Below, piece after piece: positions 30,557 through 40,017 of a stretch of DNA of 64,000 nt. The DNA is from Nitrospirales bacterium (GTDB lineage: Bacteria; Nitrospirota; Nitrospiria; Nitrospirales; UBA8639). Below the pieces are notes generated by a model that saw nothing but the letters and a program-made list of their open reading frames with translations, was not told the origin of the DNA and ran no database searches. The DNA is taken from contig CBDCWC010000003.1 in the NCBI GenBank assembly GCA_965223295.1, forward strand, positions 960,001-1,024,000, given 5' to 3'. A program made the position numbers and the translations under genes. Positions within the stretch are counted from its first letter, which is position 1. Every line of letters begins with the position of its first letter.

Positions 30557-32934
30557 CCAATCTCCGCTGTCGCTGTTCCACGGGCTAACACTTCCCGCCG
30601 CCCATCACGACCCGGGGCGCTCACCAAACCTTCTTCTTCCATTTGTTCAATCATTCGAGCCGCCCGAGGGTAACCGACGCGAAGGCGTCGCTGAATAAAA
30701 GACGCCGAAGCTTGCCCTGTTGTCATAATTAATTCTCGAGCTCGTTCATAGGTCTCATCTGCCGCTTGATCCTCTGATGCAGATTCCTGTACTGCGGCTA
30801 CGGCGGCCTGATCATAGACCGGAGATGCCTGCGCCTTCACCCACTCCACGACATTTCGGACTTCTTCATCCGAAACATATGGCCCATGCAGTCGTACAAT
30901 CCGTCCCGTTCCAGAGGCTAAGAAGAGCATATCACCTTTTCCTAATAAACTCTCGGCTCCATTGGCATCTAAAATGGTTCGCGAATCTATTTTGGAGGAT
31001 ACTTGGTAGGCAACTCGCGCCGGAAAGTTGGCCTTGATGATCCCCGTCACCACGTCCACCGAAGGCCGTTGCGTGGCTAGAATCAAGTGAATGCCCGAAG
31101 CTCTCGCCATCTGCGCCAGTCGAGCGATACGATCTTCAATATCTTTGGGGGCCACCATCATCAAATCTGCAAATTCATCAATCACGACCACGATATAGGG
31201 TAGCCTGGTGCGTTCTTCAATCGGAATTTCTAATTCAGGCGGATCATCCACATCCATCGACTGGCCTTTGCTCAACTTCTTTTTGCTTCGTCCTGCCGAT
31301 GGGGCCTCTTGCAACTCAGCGACTTTCCGATTATAGGCATCAATATTCCGTACTCCCACTTCAGCCAACACCCGGTAACGCCGCTCCATTTCCTGAACCA
31401 CCCAACTCAATCCTCTGGCGGCCTCCTTTGGATTCGTAATCACCGGACGAATCAGGTGAGGAATACCATCGTACACTTGCAACTCTAAGACTTTGGGATC
31501 GACCAACAGAAGTTTTACTTCATCGGGATGCGCGGTAAACAAAATATTTAACAGCAGACAATTTAACCCCACACTCTTTCCTGAGCCTGTGGCTCCCGCC
31601 AAGAGCAGGTGAGGCATCGTGCGCAAGTCGGTCACCACCGGCCGTCCATAAATATCTTTCCCCAAAGCTAGCGCCAATTTTGACCGGGCTTTCCCAAACG
31701 CCTCTGAGGTCAACATATCTTTCAAGCCGACAGTCTCCCGCTGAGGATTGGGCACTTCAATACCCACTGTCGATTTATTAGGCAAAGGTGCGACAACACG
31801 AACCTTCAGCGCCTTCAGAGCCATCGCTAAATCATCTGACAAGGTAACAATGCGTGCCACCTTAATCCCGGGTCCTGGCGCAAATTCATACATCGTAATC
31901 ACTGGACCAGGATGCACATCGGTGACGCTGCCTTCAATTCCAAAACTACTCAGCGTCTGCACCAAAATTTCTGATTGTGATTTCAGCACTGAATCGGTCT
32001 GGTGGGCCGCCCGAGACGCATGGGTATCCAGAAGATCCACAGGTGACGGCATTTCATAGGATTCCGACACCGATTGGCTCGATAAATATTGTTCATCCGT
32101 TTGGTCGGTTAACGCCAAACGTGGTTCGGCTTCGAGCAGATTCGAGTTTGTCTCTTGAGATGTTTTTCCTTCCTTGGTCAATTCCAAGATGGAATCCAAT
32201 CCCAAACTTCCAATCCCTCCACGAGCCGTAATCTCTCGGTTAATTCGTATAGATTTATTCTTTTTTGGTTCCCTATCGTGTACCCACCATTCCCGCTCCC
32301 TCATGGCTAGAAAGCAGGCCGTTGCATGACCCCACAGTCCGCCACCTAACGCAACACACCCCCGAGCAATTTGCCCGAGAGAGACCGGGACTAATAACAA
32401 AAAAGCTACTAACAACATCGCGCATAAAATAATCATGGCCCCTGTCGCCGCAAAATAAGTCCCTAAGATTTCCGAAAGGCCCTGTCCAATAACTCCGCCG
32501 GGAGAAGCACCCACTCCATCAGTCGCCACCAAAGACAGCGACTGCAAATGCAGCAGAGCACTCACGGACAAGATGGCTAAGAGAGAACCCACCACGCCAA
32601 CCAGACTCACCTGAAACTGTTCCGACCAGAGCACCGTGAGCCCAAAACCGACCAAGACCACGGGCAGGACAAATGAACCTCCACCTACAATCGAGAGCAA
32701 AGAAAAGGCCACGGTCGAACCTACCAGTCCAACGGCATTATCAGGCACCCCTTGCGATGAAGAATGGGGAAAGAGCAGAACGGGATCGGCAGGGGAAAAC
32801 GTCAAAAGGCTGAGCAACCACAGGAGTCCAACTGTCGACAGGAAAACTCCTGTAATTTGAACGGTTAACGAAGATGTTCCCTTCGAAGGTTTCTTCTTTT
32901 TCCCTTCTTTCTTACTGGGGAAAATACTCATCAA
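30553..32934 (-). CDS. ftsK: DNA translocase FtsK
   Basis: N-terminal TMs, GATGSGKS, IDEFAD, ATQRPS, gamma domain. Confidence 0.97.
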   Translation of the reverse strand: MMSIFPSKKEGKKKKPSKGTSSLTVQITGVFLSTVGLLWLLSLLTFSPADPVLLFPHSSSQGVPDNAVGLVGSTVAFSLLSIVGGGSFVLPVVLVGFGLTVLWSEQFQVSLVGVVGSLLAILSVSALLHLQSLSLVATDGVGASPGGVIGQGLSEILGTYFAATGAMIILCAMLLVAFLLLVPVSLGQIARGCVALGGGLWGHATACFLAMREREWWVHDREPKKNKSIRINREITARGGIGSLGLDSILELTKEGKTSQETNSNLLEAEPRLALTDQTDEQYLSSQSVSESYEMPSPVDLLDTHASRAAHQTDSVLKSQSEILVQTLSSFGIEGSVTDVHPGPVITMYEFAPGPGIKVARIVTLSDDLAMALKALKVRVVAPLPNKSTVGIEVPNPQRETVGLKDMLTSEAFGKARSKLALALGKDIYGRPVVTDLRTMPHLLLAGATGSGKSVGLNCLLLNILFTAHPDEVKLLLVDPKVLELQVYDGIPHLIRPVITNPKEAARGLSWVVQEMERRYRVLAEVGVRNIDAYNRKVAELQEAPSAGRSKKKLSKGQSMDVDDPPELEIPIEERTRLPYIVVVIDEFADLMMVAPKDIEDRIARLAQMARASGIHLILATQRPSVDVVTGIIKANFPARVAYQVSSKIDSRTILDANGAESLLGKGDMLFLASGTGRIVRLHGPYVSDEEVRNVVEWVKAQASPVYDQAAVAAVQESASEDQAADETYERARELIMTTGQASASFIQRRLRVGYPRAARMIEQMEEEGLVSAPGRDGRREVLARGTATAEIG

Positions 32935-33027
32935 AAAATCGTACCATAAGGGTTTCTATTGAGCAAACAACCCTTACACTAGTTTACAGAGGAGATTGAA
33001 CAAAAGGAACAACAAAACAAAGGCGAG

Positions 33028-33429
33028 TTAACTAACTTGGTAGGAAACAAGGGAAAGATCGGTTTGGGAAAAGTCGTTCCCTTTAAAAAGAAGCGGCTCT
33101 CCTGTGGAACGTGATAGCGCGTAGGTTGCGCAATCGCCTAAATTTAATCCAGCCGAATGCGTACCTTTCCCAAATTGACGATACGCTTCCCTAGCCAATT
33201 CCACCAATTCAGGACTCAAAGAAACAATATCAATATGACATCGGTGCAAAAGCAAATCTAACTCCCGCCCGCCCGCTGGCCCAAAACGAGACTCAATCAC
33301 GATCCCCGTTTCCAACACTGAAACGGCACCGACCAGGCGTTTAGAATCTGCAGCCATCGCTTTGGCCATCGCAAGAGCCTCAGGCTCCTTGGTCAATATG
33401 GCCACTAACGCTGATGAATCAATCACCAT
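33028..33429 (-). CDS. vapC: VapC PIN-domain toxin
   Basis: MVIDSSALVAI, LNLGDC, LLFKGNDFSQTD. Confidence 0.93.
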   Translation of the reverse strand: MVIDSSALVAILTKEPEALAMAKAMAADSKRLVGAVSVLETGIVIESRFGPAGGRELDLLLHRCHIDIVSLSPELVELAREAYRQFGKGTHSAGLNLGDCATYALSRSTGEPLLFKGNDFSQTDLSLVSYQVS

Positions 33430-33446
33430 ACGACGGGTCAGACAAG

Positions 33447-33701
33447 AGATCTAGTAAATAATTCTAGACAATCGCTTGTAGAGGCGAGAGAAAATTTTTG
33501 ACAATCAGAAACTGACGGAATGGTCAATAAAGTCATCCAGCAAGGCCGCAGCCATTTTTGCGCGCGGAGCGTACTACTGGGCGTCAGTACGGCAAGAGAG
33601 CGACCTGCCTGCGCGAAGCCGCTTTCAGCCTTCGTAGCCACTGAGGCAAAGAGGCCCGGCGAAGGCAGGGAACGCCACTAGCGGTTTTTTTCAACATTTC
33701 C
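33447..33701 (+). mobile_element. Diverged MITE copy with a 66-bp nested unit, between vapB and vapC
   Basis: CCAGCAAGGCCGCAGCCATTTTTGCGCGCGGAGCGTAC core; right end TTCAACATTTCC; nested CCTGCC...GGCAGG at 33604-33669. Left end degenerate; no TSD. Confidence 0.75.
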
Positions 33702-33703
33702 CC

Positions 33704-33958
33704 TTAACGAAAAACCCCGATTTCGGAATACCCTAAAATTTCTTCAGGTGACCGACCATCCAACACAGGTAACTGACTACATCGAACTGCTATACCCATA
33801 ATTTCTTCTACGAGATCCGGACTGGTCCGACACCCTTCCAAACGCTCTAACCGATCTTCCAGAGCATGGATCACTGCATCCGTAATCGTTTCACCTGTTT
33901 TTTTGGCAAGCTGATTGGCTAACTGTTCTGCTCGTGGATTTTTTATATTGACCGCCAT
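33704..33958 (-). CDS. vapB: VapB antitoxin (Rv0623-like)
   Basis: MAVNIKN..AEQLA..LA..TGETIT.AV..AL..RL; EEILGY. Confidence 0.9.
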   Translation of the reverse strand: MAVNIKNPRAEQLANQLAKKTGETITDAVIHALEDRLERLEGCRTSPDLVEEIMGIAVRCSQLPVLDGRSPEEILGYSEIGVFR

Positions 33959-34053
33959 GGTTGAATCCTCCATTTTTTCTTTAATCTACCATGTATATTA
34001 AAATCTGTCCAGGCAAAGAGCTCGGCTAACTTCCAAACCAACATCTAGATAAT

Positions 34054-34242
34054 GGGAGTGTTGAATAATGACGATATCAAGAATCATATTTCGCCAAGAA
34101 GCCGAGGGCAATCAAAAGGTTCGGGAAGTCAAAAAAGGCTGTCCAGCAAGGCCGCAGCCATGTTTGCGCGCGGAGCGTACGGGCATGACGTGAGCACGGA
34201 AAAATGGCGAGAACGCTGCTGGCAGCTTTTTTCAAAAGCCTC
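34054..34242 (+). mobile_element. MITE family copy (189 bp)
   Basis: GGGAGTGTTGAA ... TTCAAAAGCCTC; conserved core; TSD imperfect. Confidence 0.85.
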
Positions 34243-34423
34243 ATTAATGCAGCCACACTTCGAGGATATGGCAAATAATTGATTCAAGCAGATTAACAAC
34301 CAGAGTTCGTCGAAGCCCAACACAGCGAGAGAAGGAAATGGGTAGAGACCTCATCGGAAGGGAAAGCCTATTTGGTGCCAAAAGACGAAGCGGGAGCTGA
34401 CTGGAAATAGCGTTTTCTGGTTT

Positions 34424-35227
34424 TCAGCGGAAGAAGCCAGGGGAAAATTTCTCCAGGAGCCGAAACTCTTGGACAGAGAGGGTTTCAGCCCGACGAGCGA
34501 GGGATAGGCCGGTGTCCTGTTGAATCTGTCGCAAGTATTCATCAGACATTCCTACTGATCGGAAGGCATTCAGAAGTGTTTTACGGCGTTGCCCGAATGC
34601 CGCACGGACAATCCTCTGAAAATGGGCCAGATCGTCCGATTTGGCCTGTTGATCCTGACGTATATCTAGCCGCACGACGCCGGAATCTACATCAGGAACT
34701 GGGCGGAAGCATTGACGAGAAACTTTGAACCCAAACTTCACATCGGCTAAGTGTTGTATCATTACGGACAGTACGCCGTAGTTTTTGGTGCTTGGCTTGG
34801 CCACCATTCGCTGGGCCACCTCCAGCTGAATCGTCAACACCATGCGGGAAATTTTCTGTTCCGATTCCAATAGTCGAAACATGATGGGCGTCGAAATGTT
34901 ATAGGGCAAATTCGCCACAATAATCGTGCCCGCTGGAAGATCGGTGAAAGCATAGTGGAGCGCATCCTGTTCTTGGACCTCGAGGTTGGAAAAACCTGCC
35001 ATTTCGGTCTTCAAGAATTCCACCATTCGCGGATCGACTTCCAAGGCTAAAACCTGCTTCGCGGCCTGACACAAAAACCCCGTCAACGCGCCTCCACCGG
35101 GCCCAATTTCGCAGACGGTATCAGCAGATTGGATGTCCGCCAAACTGACAATTTTTCGTAGTAGATTGGGATCGACCAGAAAATGTTGCCCCAACCGTTT
35201 GCGTGGATGAGGAGGGAGATTGGTCAT
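34424..35227 (-). CDS. rsmA: 16S rRNA dimethyladenosine transferase
   Basis: LGQHFL, EIGPG, ANLPYNIS. Confidence 0.96.
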   Translation of the reverse strand: MTNLPPHPRKRLGQHFLVDPNLLRKIVSLADIQSADTVCEIGPGGGALTGFLCQAAKQVLALEVDPRMVEFLKTEMAGFSNLEVQEQDALHYAFTDLPAGTIIVANLPYNISTPIMFRLLESEQKISRMVLTIQLEVAQRMVAKPSTKNYGVLSVMIQHLADVKFGFKVSRQCFRPVPDVDSGVVRLDIRQDQQAKSDDLAHFQRIVRAAFGQRRKTLLNAFRSVGMSDEYLRQIQQDTGLSLARRAETLSVQEFRLLEKFSPGFFR

Positions 35228-35284
35228 GAAGAGATGAGAAAGAAATTTAGATAAGACGACAATTGGACCGGGAGATCGGGAATG

Positions 35285-35617
35285 TTAAGGAATGCCTGTA
35301 GTCTGAATATTTTTGGCCAGTTTTTTGAGATGACGGCGGCACATATCCACTTCATCAGCTAATTCATCAAACACATCTCCGACAAAATATGTCGTTTCTA
35401 GCCATTCTTTCCTGATGTGTCGAAGATATTCCGAACTCACATGTGGAGCAAGGCCTTCAACAACTTTTCTTTTCCATTTGGTCACATGGTCTTTCCCCTG
35501 CACAGCATTGATAGCCTTCTCGGCTTCCGCATGAATCGTGGTGATTTCATCTATTTGCGTATGAATATAGGCCAACAATTCTGACGGCTCTGAGGTTTCA
35601 TCACTCATTCCACTCAT
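35285..35617 (-). CDS. Hypothetical helical protein
   Basis: SD GAGG; lies between fmt and rsmA. Confidence 0.65.
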   Translation of the reverse strand: MSGMSDETSEPSELLAYIHTQIDEITTIHAEAEKAINAVQGKDHVTKWKRKVVEGLAPHVSSEYLRHIRKEWLETTYFVGDVFDELADEVDMCRRHLKKLAKNIQTTGIP

Positions 35618-35668
35618 TCGCTTCCTCTCTTCCTTTGCCTGTACATATTGAGCACGAACAACATGTTC

Positions 35669-36637
35669 TTACTTGCGTGTACTCCCACATTGCACGCCAA
35701 CTTCTAGGTGATGGCCAGCCAGATACTGTGCCGCCGTCATGCGTTTCTTATTCGCAGGTTGAACGTCGATAAGCCGTAAAACACCGCGGCCTGTCTGAAC
35801 CCGAATGCCCTGTTTAGAAACGCCGATAATCTTGCCAGGAGTGGTAGAGTCATCGACAGATGGCAGCATAGAAGCATCATCAGGTTCCTCAACCTGTACC
35901 TTCCAAATTCCCCATCGCTCCCCCTTCACAAATGTATATGCCCCTGGCCAAGGGGATAATCCCCGTATACGGTTGGCTAAAGCCACAGCAGACTGACTCC
36001 AATCTAGCAAACCATCTTCTTTCTTGAGAATAGGAGCTAGCGTAGCCTGAGATTCATTCTGGGCTTGGGGCTCAATTGTCCCAGCTAGCCATTTCTTCAA
36101 CGTCGGCACTAAGAGACGACCACCCATTTCTGCCATCCGACTTGCAACGTCTCCTGCGGTATCTTCTGGGGAAATGGGTAATACAGCTTGCTCCAGAATA
36201 GCGCCAGTATCCATACCGGCATCCATGACCATAATCGTGACGCCCGTTTCGGATTCTCCATTGATGACGGCCCATTGAATGGGAGCCGCTCCGCGATATT
36301 TTGGCAACAACGAACCATGGACATTCAGACACCCTTTTGGAGGAAGATCAAGAATCAACTGCGGCAAAATACGTCCGAAGGCTGCAACTACGATCACGTC
36401 AGGATTCCAAGATTGTAGGGTTTCTAGAAATGCCGGAGCTTTCATTTTTTCTGGTTGAATGACCGAAATGTTCTGTTCCAACGCAAGCGTTTTCACCGGA
36501 CCAATTTTCATTTTTTTTCCTCGCCCACTTGGCCGATCCGGTTGGCTTACCACTCCAACAACAGAACAGTCAGAGTCGATAAGATGTTGAAGCGTCGGAA
36601 CCGCAAAGGCCGGGGTTCCCATGAAGACGACACGCAT
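35669..36637 (-). CDS. fmt: Methionyl-tRNA formyltransferase
   Basis: VFMGTP, NVHGSLLPKYRGAAPI, MDTG. Confidence 0.97.
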   Translation of the reverse strand: MRVVFMGTPAFAVPTLQHLIDSDCSVVGVVSQPDRPSGRGKKMKIGPVKTLALEQNISVIQPEKMKAPAFLETLQSWNPDVIVVAAFGRILPQLILDLPPKGCLNVHGSLLPKYRGAAPIQWAVINGESETGVTIMVMDAGMDTGAILEQAVLPISPEDTAGDVASRMAEMGGRLLVPTLKKWLAGTIEPQAQNESQATLAPILKKEDGLLDWSQSAVALANRIRGLSPWPGAYTFVKGERWGIWKVQVEEPDDASMLPSVDDSTTPGKIIGVSKQGIRVQTGRGVLRLIDVQPANKKRMTAAQYLAGHHLEVGVQCGSTRK

Positions 36638-36862
36638 AGCTTAATTTCTCAAATTCAAATGGTTTCAACCTTCCCCCGAGAAGGGAACAACAGATACCAT
36701 ATACCCTCTACCTGAGAAGAACAACAAGTCTCGTGCTGATCTTCCGGACCTTTTGCTCTTCACGTTTGACCGCATTGACTCCTTTTGAAATACTGTGATA
36801 GAAGCCCACTCGAAGATAGCCTTGCTATTCTCATTCCCTCCACTTGTGAAAAGGATCAAGAC

Positions 36863-37618
36863 ATGGGCGGACATAGCCATTGGTCAACCATTAAGCGCCA
36901 CAAAGGCGCACAAGATGCCAAGCGTGGAAAAATATTCACACGTGTGATCCGGGAAATTTCCATTGCTGCGCGAAATGGTGGTGACCCTGATGGCAATCCA
37001 GCTCTACGCCAAGCCATTGCCAAATCCAAAGAAGTGAATATGCCAGCCGACACCGTCAAACGCGCTATTCAGCGCGGAACTGGTGAATTACCTGGCGTAC
37101 AATTCGAAGAATTTATGCTTGAAGGGTATGGCCCTGGAGGCACAGCGCTTCTCTTAGAAATTTCTACCGACAAACGCAATCGGGCTGTGGCCGACGTTCG
37201 AAGTATTCTCACCAAGAACAATGGCACAATGGCCGAACCTGGCGCTGTGGCCTGGCAGTTTCAAAAGAAAGGGCTCGTCGTGATCGAGGGCCAACCGGTC
37301 ACCGAAGAACAACTATTCGATGTGGCCTTGGATGCCGGAGCCGAAGACGTCAAACAAACTCCGAGCGGATTTGAAGTCATCTCGGAACCAGCAGACTTCG
37401 AAGCCGTCAAAGAAGCGATTGAAAAAGCTCAGATCGAAACCAGCTTGTCTGATCTGACCTTTCTGGCGCAGAACCACATTCAACTCGAAGGCAAGGATGC
37501 GGAGCAGGCTCTCAAACTCATGGATCTCTTAGACGAGAACGAAGACGTCGCGAAGGTCCATGCCAACTTTGAGATATCTGAGGAATTGATGGAAAAAATG
37601 GCCGCCGAAAGTGCCTAA
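36863..37618 (+). CDS. yebC: YebC/PmpR family protein
   Basis: MGGHSHWSTIK, EGYGPGG. Confidence 0.95.
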   Translation: MGGHSHWSTIKRHKGAQDAKRGKIFTRVIREISIAARNGGDPDGNPALRQAIAKSKEVNMPADTVKRAIQRGTGELPGVQFEEFMLEGYGPGGTALLLEISTDKRNRAVADVRSILTKNNGTMAEPGAVAWQFQKKGLVVIEGQPVTEEQLFDVALDAGAEDVKQTPSGFEVISEPADFEAVKEAIEKAQIETSLSDLTFLAQNHIQLEGKDAEQALKLMDLLDENEDVAKVHANFEISEELMEKMAAESA

Positions 37619-37725
37619 GTCGTTTGAATAGTTTTTCGCTCTCCAATTCTGTTTCTTGGTCAATTCTTAATCTATTCCACACACTGGGTCGCCTCTGTCT
37701 CTGAGCCCCCCACTCCGCTTCACAA

Positions 37726-38337
37726 ATGATTGCTTCTCTCTCAGGAACGCTCTGTTCAAAAACTCCACAGGAAGCAATCATTTCGGTCCAGGGCGTCGGG
37801 TACCATGTGTTCATCGCCCTGTCGACTTTTTTCACCCTTCCAGATATCAATTCCTCCGTACAGATCTTTATTTCAACCCATATCCGAAATGACACGATTC
37901 AACTCTTCGGCTTTGGTACTCAGGAGGAGAAAGAGGCTTTTGTCCTGCTCACGACCATCAGCGGCGTCGGGCCCAAGCTAGCCCTGAGCGCCTTATCAAC
38001 GCTCTCGGTCCCTGACTTATGCACCGCCATTGAATCAGGTGATATTGAAACCCTGGGCTCGATTCCAGGCGTGGGGAAAAAATCGGCCAGCCGAATTGTG
38101 CTGGAACTGAAAGACAAAACTCACCGCATCATGACTACTGATTCACCACCGTCTTCAGCCTCCCCAACAGCACCAGCCAACTTTGTACAAGAAGAAGCCA
38201 CCTCCGCCCTCATCAATTTGGGATACCGTGCCCCCGAAGTGAAAAAAGCCATGAACTTGGCCACCTCCAAAATGAAGGAAACCTACGAACTGGAAGACCT
38301 CATCCGCACCACCCTCAAAGAACTCGCCAAAGGGTAA
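37726..38337 (+). CDS. ruvA: Holliday junction branch migration protein RuvA
   Basis: GVGY, SGVGPKLAL, PGVGKK.A.RI..ELKDK, ALINLGY. Confidence 0.96.
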   Translation: MIASLSGTLCSKTPQEAIISVQGVGYHVFIALSTFFTLPDINSSVQIFISTHIRNDTIQLFGFGTQEEKEAFVLLTTISGVGPKLALSALSTLSVPDLCTAIESGDIETLGSIPGVGKKSASRIVLELKDKTHRIMTTDSPPSSASPTAPANFVQEEATSALINLGYRAPEVKKAMNLATSKMKETYELEDLIRTTLKELAKG

Positions 38338-38573
38338 GTTCTTATTTTCTCTAAGGAATGTAGTAATCCAATATTGGTAGGGAAAAGAAGAACTGCCTGG
38401 TCTAAAACTTGTAAGCTTCTCTCAAATACGGACAGACCAATAGTAGCGCTTTCTGGAAAATGGTGTAGTTTGTGCGAACGGCTAAAAAGACGGGTGGGCG
38501 TCTCACAAAGATTATCGTCAATGACGGAACAAGAAGAAAGCAGAGAGGAGGGAGAGAAATTTTTATTTTGTCC

Positions 38574-38609
38574 TTGACTTTTGCGTGGCATATCCTATTA
38601 TTAGGATAT
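38574..38609 (+). promoter_or_regulatory. Sigma70-like promoter with overlapping palindromic operator for the TA pair
   Basis: TTGACT-16-TATTAT; ATATCCTA-TTAT-TAGGATAT (38590-38609). Confidence 0.65.
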
Positions 38610-38629
38610 AGGGATAACGCAGAATATCT

Positions 38630-39009
38630 ATGAGCCAGTTGATTTTCTCGGTAATACCAAAACAGCGCTCAAGGGCTTTCCGGAAGAAGTAAAAGATCGA
38701 GTCGGGTATGCCCTTTATGAGGCGCAGCGAGGAGAAAAAGCCGCCAATACGAAACCGTTAAAAGGCTTTTATGGCGCAAGTGTATTAGAGGTTGTAGAAG
38801 ATCATGACGGATCAACGTATCGAGCTGTCTATACGATTCGGTTCTCAAATGCGGTCTATGTTCTGCATACTTTTCAGAAGAAATCGAAAAAAGGGATTGC
38901 CACACCAAAACAGGATATAGCCCTGATTAAATCACGCCTCAAATTGGCAGAAGAGGACTATAAAAGGAGACCAAATTATGACAGAGAAAGTTACCAAAGG
39001 ATCAGGTAA
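38630..39009 (+). pseudogene. RelE/HigB (Gp49/DUF891-like) toxin lacking an in-frame ATG
   Basis: Frame from 38632 reads EPVDFLGNTK...GYAL..AQRG..KPLKGF.GASVLEVVED..TYRAVY..VYVLHTFQKKSKKGIATPK. Not in ORF track. Confidence 0.85.
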
Positions 39010-39313
39010 TATTTTTGCGGATCTTGGCTTTGAGAACCCTGAAGAAATGGAAACCAAAGCCCAATTGGTGAGTCAGATAAATGCCATCATTAAGCAGCGA
39101 AAACTGACTCAGAAAAAGGCAGGGGAGATTTTAGGCATTACACAATCCCGTGTCTCTGATCTCGCCCATGGAGGGTTGAGTGGATTCTCCGTTGATCGCT
39201 TATTGCGTTTACTCAATAAACTCGATCAGGAAATTGAAATTGTAGTGAAACGCAAACACGGTCGGCGACCAGCCACAACAACGGTGACGTTTGTTGATCA
39301 AATTTCCGTATAG
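38978..39313 (+). CDS. XRE HTH antitoxin (HigA-like)
   Basis: GSGNIFADLG, LTQKKAGEILGITQSRVS, FSVDRL. Confidence 0.9.
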   Translation: MTEKVTKGSGNIFADLGFENPEEMETKAQLVSQINAIIKQRKLTQKKAGEILGITQSRVSDLAHGGLSGFSVDRLLRLLNKLDQEIEIVVKRKHGRRPATTTVTFVDQISV

Positions 39314-39516
39314 GACCCGCCGCCAAAAAAATTTACAGTTGGCAGTTTAATCCCGAACTTACTCTAAAAGCCTTATCCTACTATGGGGATGGCAATCTTC
39401 ATACTGTGCCAGTCCAACACAAAGAACGGTTGCTGAACGCCATACGAACTGTTGACTTGGATCGACTCCCAATGATTATCCAGCACAATGCAAAGGACTA
39501 TGGCCGCAGCCAATGA
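39313..39516 (+). pseudogene. C-terminal remnant of an AbiEii-type nucleotidyltransferase
   Basis: AAKKIYSWQFNPELTLKALSYYGDGNL...VDLDRLP; no start; TGA overlaps next ATG. Confidence 0.6.
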
Positions 39517-39809
39517 AACCTCTCTTACCCACTACTGAGCTCGTTAAGGTCGCCAAACGGGTAATCTGGTTTGAGCAACCAGAAGAGTCCCTTGCTGATC
39601 CAGTTCGCTTTGCGACATATGCCATGACGTATGGCACACACGAGGACATAAAAGTCGTCCGACAATATATGTCCGATGATGACTTACGCGAAGCCCTAGA
39701 AAAAGCTCCCCCCGGAATCACTGACTCACGGTCATGGACCTACTGGCACTTAAAGCTCGGGCAATATCCCCCCACCGTTGCCAGTACGGGCTTTAGGCTA
39801 ATCAGATAG
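39513..39809 (+). CDS. Small protein typically paired with AbiEii-like toxins
   Basis: VIWF..P, MTYGT..D, APPG...RSW.YW. C-terminus probably shifted in a C run near 39770. Confidence 0.6.
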   Translation: MKPLLPTTELVKVAKRVIWFEQPEESLADPVRFATYAMTYGTHEDIKVVRQYMSDDDLREALEKAPPGITDSRSWTYWHLKLGQYPPTVASTGFRLIR

Positions 39810-40000
39810 GGGTCTGTTGAAAAAAGCCGCCAGCGGCGTTCTCGCCCATTTTCCGTGCTCACGTAGGACCAGTACGCTCCGCGCGCAAACATGGCTGCGG
39901 CCTTGCTGGACGGACTTTTTTGAACAGACCCGAGGTCTCTGACATGTTACCTCTCAGACACGAAATGTGGCCGTTGATATCATCATTATTCGACAGCCCC
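39810..40000 (-). mobile_element. MITE family copy (191 bp)
   Basis: GGGTCTGTTGAA ... TTCGACAGCCCC; flanks GATAG/AATAG (4/5); internal end at 39915-39931. Confidence 0.9.
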
Positions 40001-40017
40001 AATAGAGAAGCAATTCC

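Noticed and set aside
38374-38577. 67-aa ORF after ruvA as a ruvB remnant
   Set aside because: No RuvB motifs are recognisable.
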